Of a stretch of DNA of 64,000 nucleotides, positions 63,801-64,000 are shown piece by piece. The DNA is from Ramazzottius varieornatus (taxonomy: Eukaryota > Animalia > Tardigrada). The stretch lies in assembly GCA_001949185.1 (NCBI GenBank), contig BDGG01000004.1, positions 335,620 through 399,619 of the forward strand, in the 5' to 3' direction. Position 1 is the stretch's first letter. Each line of letters starts with the position of its first letter. The translations under genes and the position numbers were made by a program. A model generated the notes under the pieces. That model was given only the letters and a program-made list of their open reading frames with translations. It was not told the DNA's origin and made no database searches.

Positions 63801-64000
63801 TTCATTGCGCCGATTGCGCTGAATTTCAATATTGTGGATATAGCGCAGAAAATCAGAATCATTCTTAGTTCTGAGGAATTATTCTCGGTTCGCTATTTCT
63901 ACTTATCACGGACTTAGTTTCTGTTCTTTTAAAAATTGGCGGATATTCAGCCACAAAAGTTGTTTACTCTTTTTAACATGAACAACATAGATCGGAACGT

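Overview
Eukaryotic (animal) genomic DNA from a compact genome with mostly 60-90 nt GT-AG introns. Gene content and style suggest a tardigrade such as Ramazzottius (inference only). The left ~33 kb is a transposon-rich accessory region. It holds a birth-and-death family of divergent class A GPCRs (NRxW instead of DRY, DPxxF instead of NPxxY; five copies here plus one at ~50 kb, intact and decayed). It also holds an intron-containing pogo/Tigger-type element nested inside a MITE, an intron-containing piggyBac transposase, a decayed multi-exon BEN-domain-like gene cassette, many MITEs/foldbacks, and an orphan last exon of choline acetyltransferase. The right ~30 kb is gene-dense conserved sequence: FCHSD/nwk, myotubularin, even-skipped, a GPCR, an uncharacterised secreted Q/N/G/S/A-rich repeat protein, NAD synthetase (with a GC-AG intron), RPL31, ARHGAP1 and ZGPAT, largely in head-to-head pairs. 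The best novelty candidates are the secreted low-complexity repeat protein, the spliceosomal introns in DNA transposases, a GPCR broken by a single TAG, and an apparent intron gain in one GPCR paralog.
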